This document shows, one piece after another, positions 62,185 to 64,000 of a stretch of 64,000 bases of DNA; the first letter of the stretch is position 1, and the number at the start of each line of letters is the position of its first letter. The position numbers were made by a program, and so were the translations under genes. Location: contig NMRA01000589.1 in the NCBI GenBank assembly GCA_002633005.1, forward strand, positions 30,641 to 94,640, written 5' to 3'. Source of the stretch: Phoronis australis. Lineage: Eukaryota; Animalia; Phoronida. The notes beneath the pieces were generated by a model. It was not told the DNA's origin, did no database searches, and saw nothing but the letters and a program-made list of their open reading frames with translations.

Positions 62185-63135
62185 TACTGACTAAAAATGA
62201 GCTGTTCGAAGACCCCATATATAGCTTTGCTACTATGGGATGTTCCCTGTCAATTGCTCAAATCTGTGACCTTTTGTCGTTAGATCTGAACACTACTTAT
62301 TTTGTGTTTAACCAGTTGCATTAAATTGAACCGCACGGATGTGCTATGGGCTCGCCTGTATCTCCCATGGTAGCAAACCTATATACGGATGTCTTCGAAC
62401 AGGTCATTGTTATAGTCAGTACCGTCTGGCCACCTCTCTAGAGTGTGGTTGAGATATGTGGACGACACGTTTGTTATTATTCGCAAGAATGAACTCCCTG
62501 CCTTCTTCAAGTTCATTAATGAGTTTGACTCTAACATCAGATTCACTCAGGAACCCTGTAAAGACGGTAAACTACCTGTTCTGGACTGTTTAGTCTCCAA
62601 TAAACAGGGCAAATCATTTGACACTAAGGTTTACCGCAAGAGTACTCACACTGATTATTATTTACAATTTCACTCGAGCCATCCTCTCATCCACAACCTA
62701 GTCACTTGGGTGTGATTCGTACTTTGAACCACAGAGCTAACACTATCATTTGTGATCCATCGACCGTTCCTGAGGAACTGAATTACACTAAAGATGCTCT
62801 TACCGAATGCGGTTATCCACGTTGGTCATTCACCAAAGCGGAAAGATCAGAGAGGAGAAAAGTAAACACTCAGACAACCACTACAGTGAGTTCTCCTACT
62901 CGTTCCCTACGTCCAGGGTCTTTCTGACTGCCTCAAGAGGACATTTAAACAGTTTGACATTTCTATCATCCGCAAACCGATTATTTCTTTCCACATACAA
63001 CTGGTTAACTTCAAGACCCCCAGGGTAATAAATCATGTGCTGTCTATGGTGTTCAGTAGATCCCCAGTGCTCAGACAGTTACATAGGTGAAACGAAACAG
63101 TCCATTAAAATGCGTATGTCACAATATCGCCGTCA
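62185..63135 (+). mobile_element. Decayed Penelope-like retroelement (RT to GIY-YIG), inverted relative to its neighbour
   Basis: Reads LNTTYFVFN, GCAMGSPVSPMVANLY, WLRYVDDTF, VYRKSTHTDYYL and YIGETKQSIKMRMSQYRR. Frameshifted. Confidence 0.9.
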
Positions 63136-63650
63136 TAGTTACGGGGACACTTAGGATTCGGAACACGGCGCAATCGTAACGGAACTATGGCCAAGTATAG
63201 GCTCTCCCGCGATATCCCAGGCGACCGGCAATGGCGCTGCGCCGCACTACGACTCCGTTTCCGTCGTTTGCTTCACTGTGCAATGAAGACAATTATTTCA
63301 TTTTTTTAAAGAAAATGGTATCTGAGTGACGATGAAAAGTAGAAGCTGCTGGTAAGATGTGAATTTAAATCGAAGCCTTAGTGAATCGCTCAGAAACTCA
63401 TAATTCTCTCTTAGTCAAACCTTAACTTAAGACGATTTCCAAAGCAATCGCGTCATTATTGCCAACACAAAAAAACGGATTTCGTCTTTGGGCAATTGAA
63501 GACTATTTTAAATACAATAAATTTGTTACGAACTGATTGCACAAAATATAAAACGTGTAATAAGCATTACAAAAAGAAGAAGGTTTCGCGCGCAAACGCT
63601 GTGGACCATAAACAAGTAGGTCTCTTAGTATCAAAATTGGGAGTTAAATC

Positions 63651-63710
63651 GCGGTGGTGCAGTGGCAAAGCACGCGCTCTCTAACCACCAGGTCGTGAGT
63701 TCGAGTTTGT
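63651..63710 (+). mobile_element. tRNA-derived SINE-like head
   Basis: GCGGTGGTGCAGTGGCAAAGCACGC (A box) ... GAGTTCGAGT (B-box-like). Confidence 0.4.
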
Positions 63711-64000
63711 GGCAATTGCAGTTTTTCCTGTTTGACACGTTCTCCGTGTTTTTTGTCTTTTTTTCTTGGATAATACTTCACGAATCAAGGAAAATGCTTT
63801 ATTTTTAGAGGAACCCCCTCGAACTCACCCCATTCGGTGCTATGCGAATCTACAATCGTTTACAGCCGAAATGTTGGGCCCCCCCTTGTGATATCCTCGA
63901 TCCGCCACTGTGGCATAAGTAATGGACTGAAGTGTGTGGTCTGTTGTACAGACAAATTGGTGCTTAAAATTCATGTTCAGGAAAAGTGAATCCTAGAAAT

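Noticed and set aside
63311-63351. Next SYCP1 exon
   Set aside because: It has splice-like ends but an in-frame stop in the required phase.

Overview
AT-rich, intron-containing animal genomic DNA, probably a marine invertebrate (inference from gene and repeat content). Spliced genes reconstructed by eye: exon 1 of a Mis18/Yippee-domain gene (-) head-to-head with a 4-exon MTRES1 (+); a secreted single F5/8 type C (discoidin) protein (+); three tandem GM2-activator/ML-domain genes (-) plus a collapsed pseudogene; an unidentified 184-aa, 3-exon gene with an RFX X-box (-); and the 5' part of SYCP1 (+). An intronless 466-aa ORF has an EEP/APE nuclease domain and two zinc fingers but no reverse transcriptase, and lies between two ~1.43-kb direct repeats. 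Mobile DNA: a nested, inverted pair of miniature LTR elements with tRNA-like LTRs, a tRNA-Ser PBS and a 4-bp TSD (Helenus-like TRIMs); several MITE families; a decayed L2/Crack-type LINE; and inverted Penelope fragments. Most short ORFs in the track are spurious. All calls come from reading the sequence and recalled family motifs, with no database searches.
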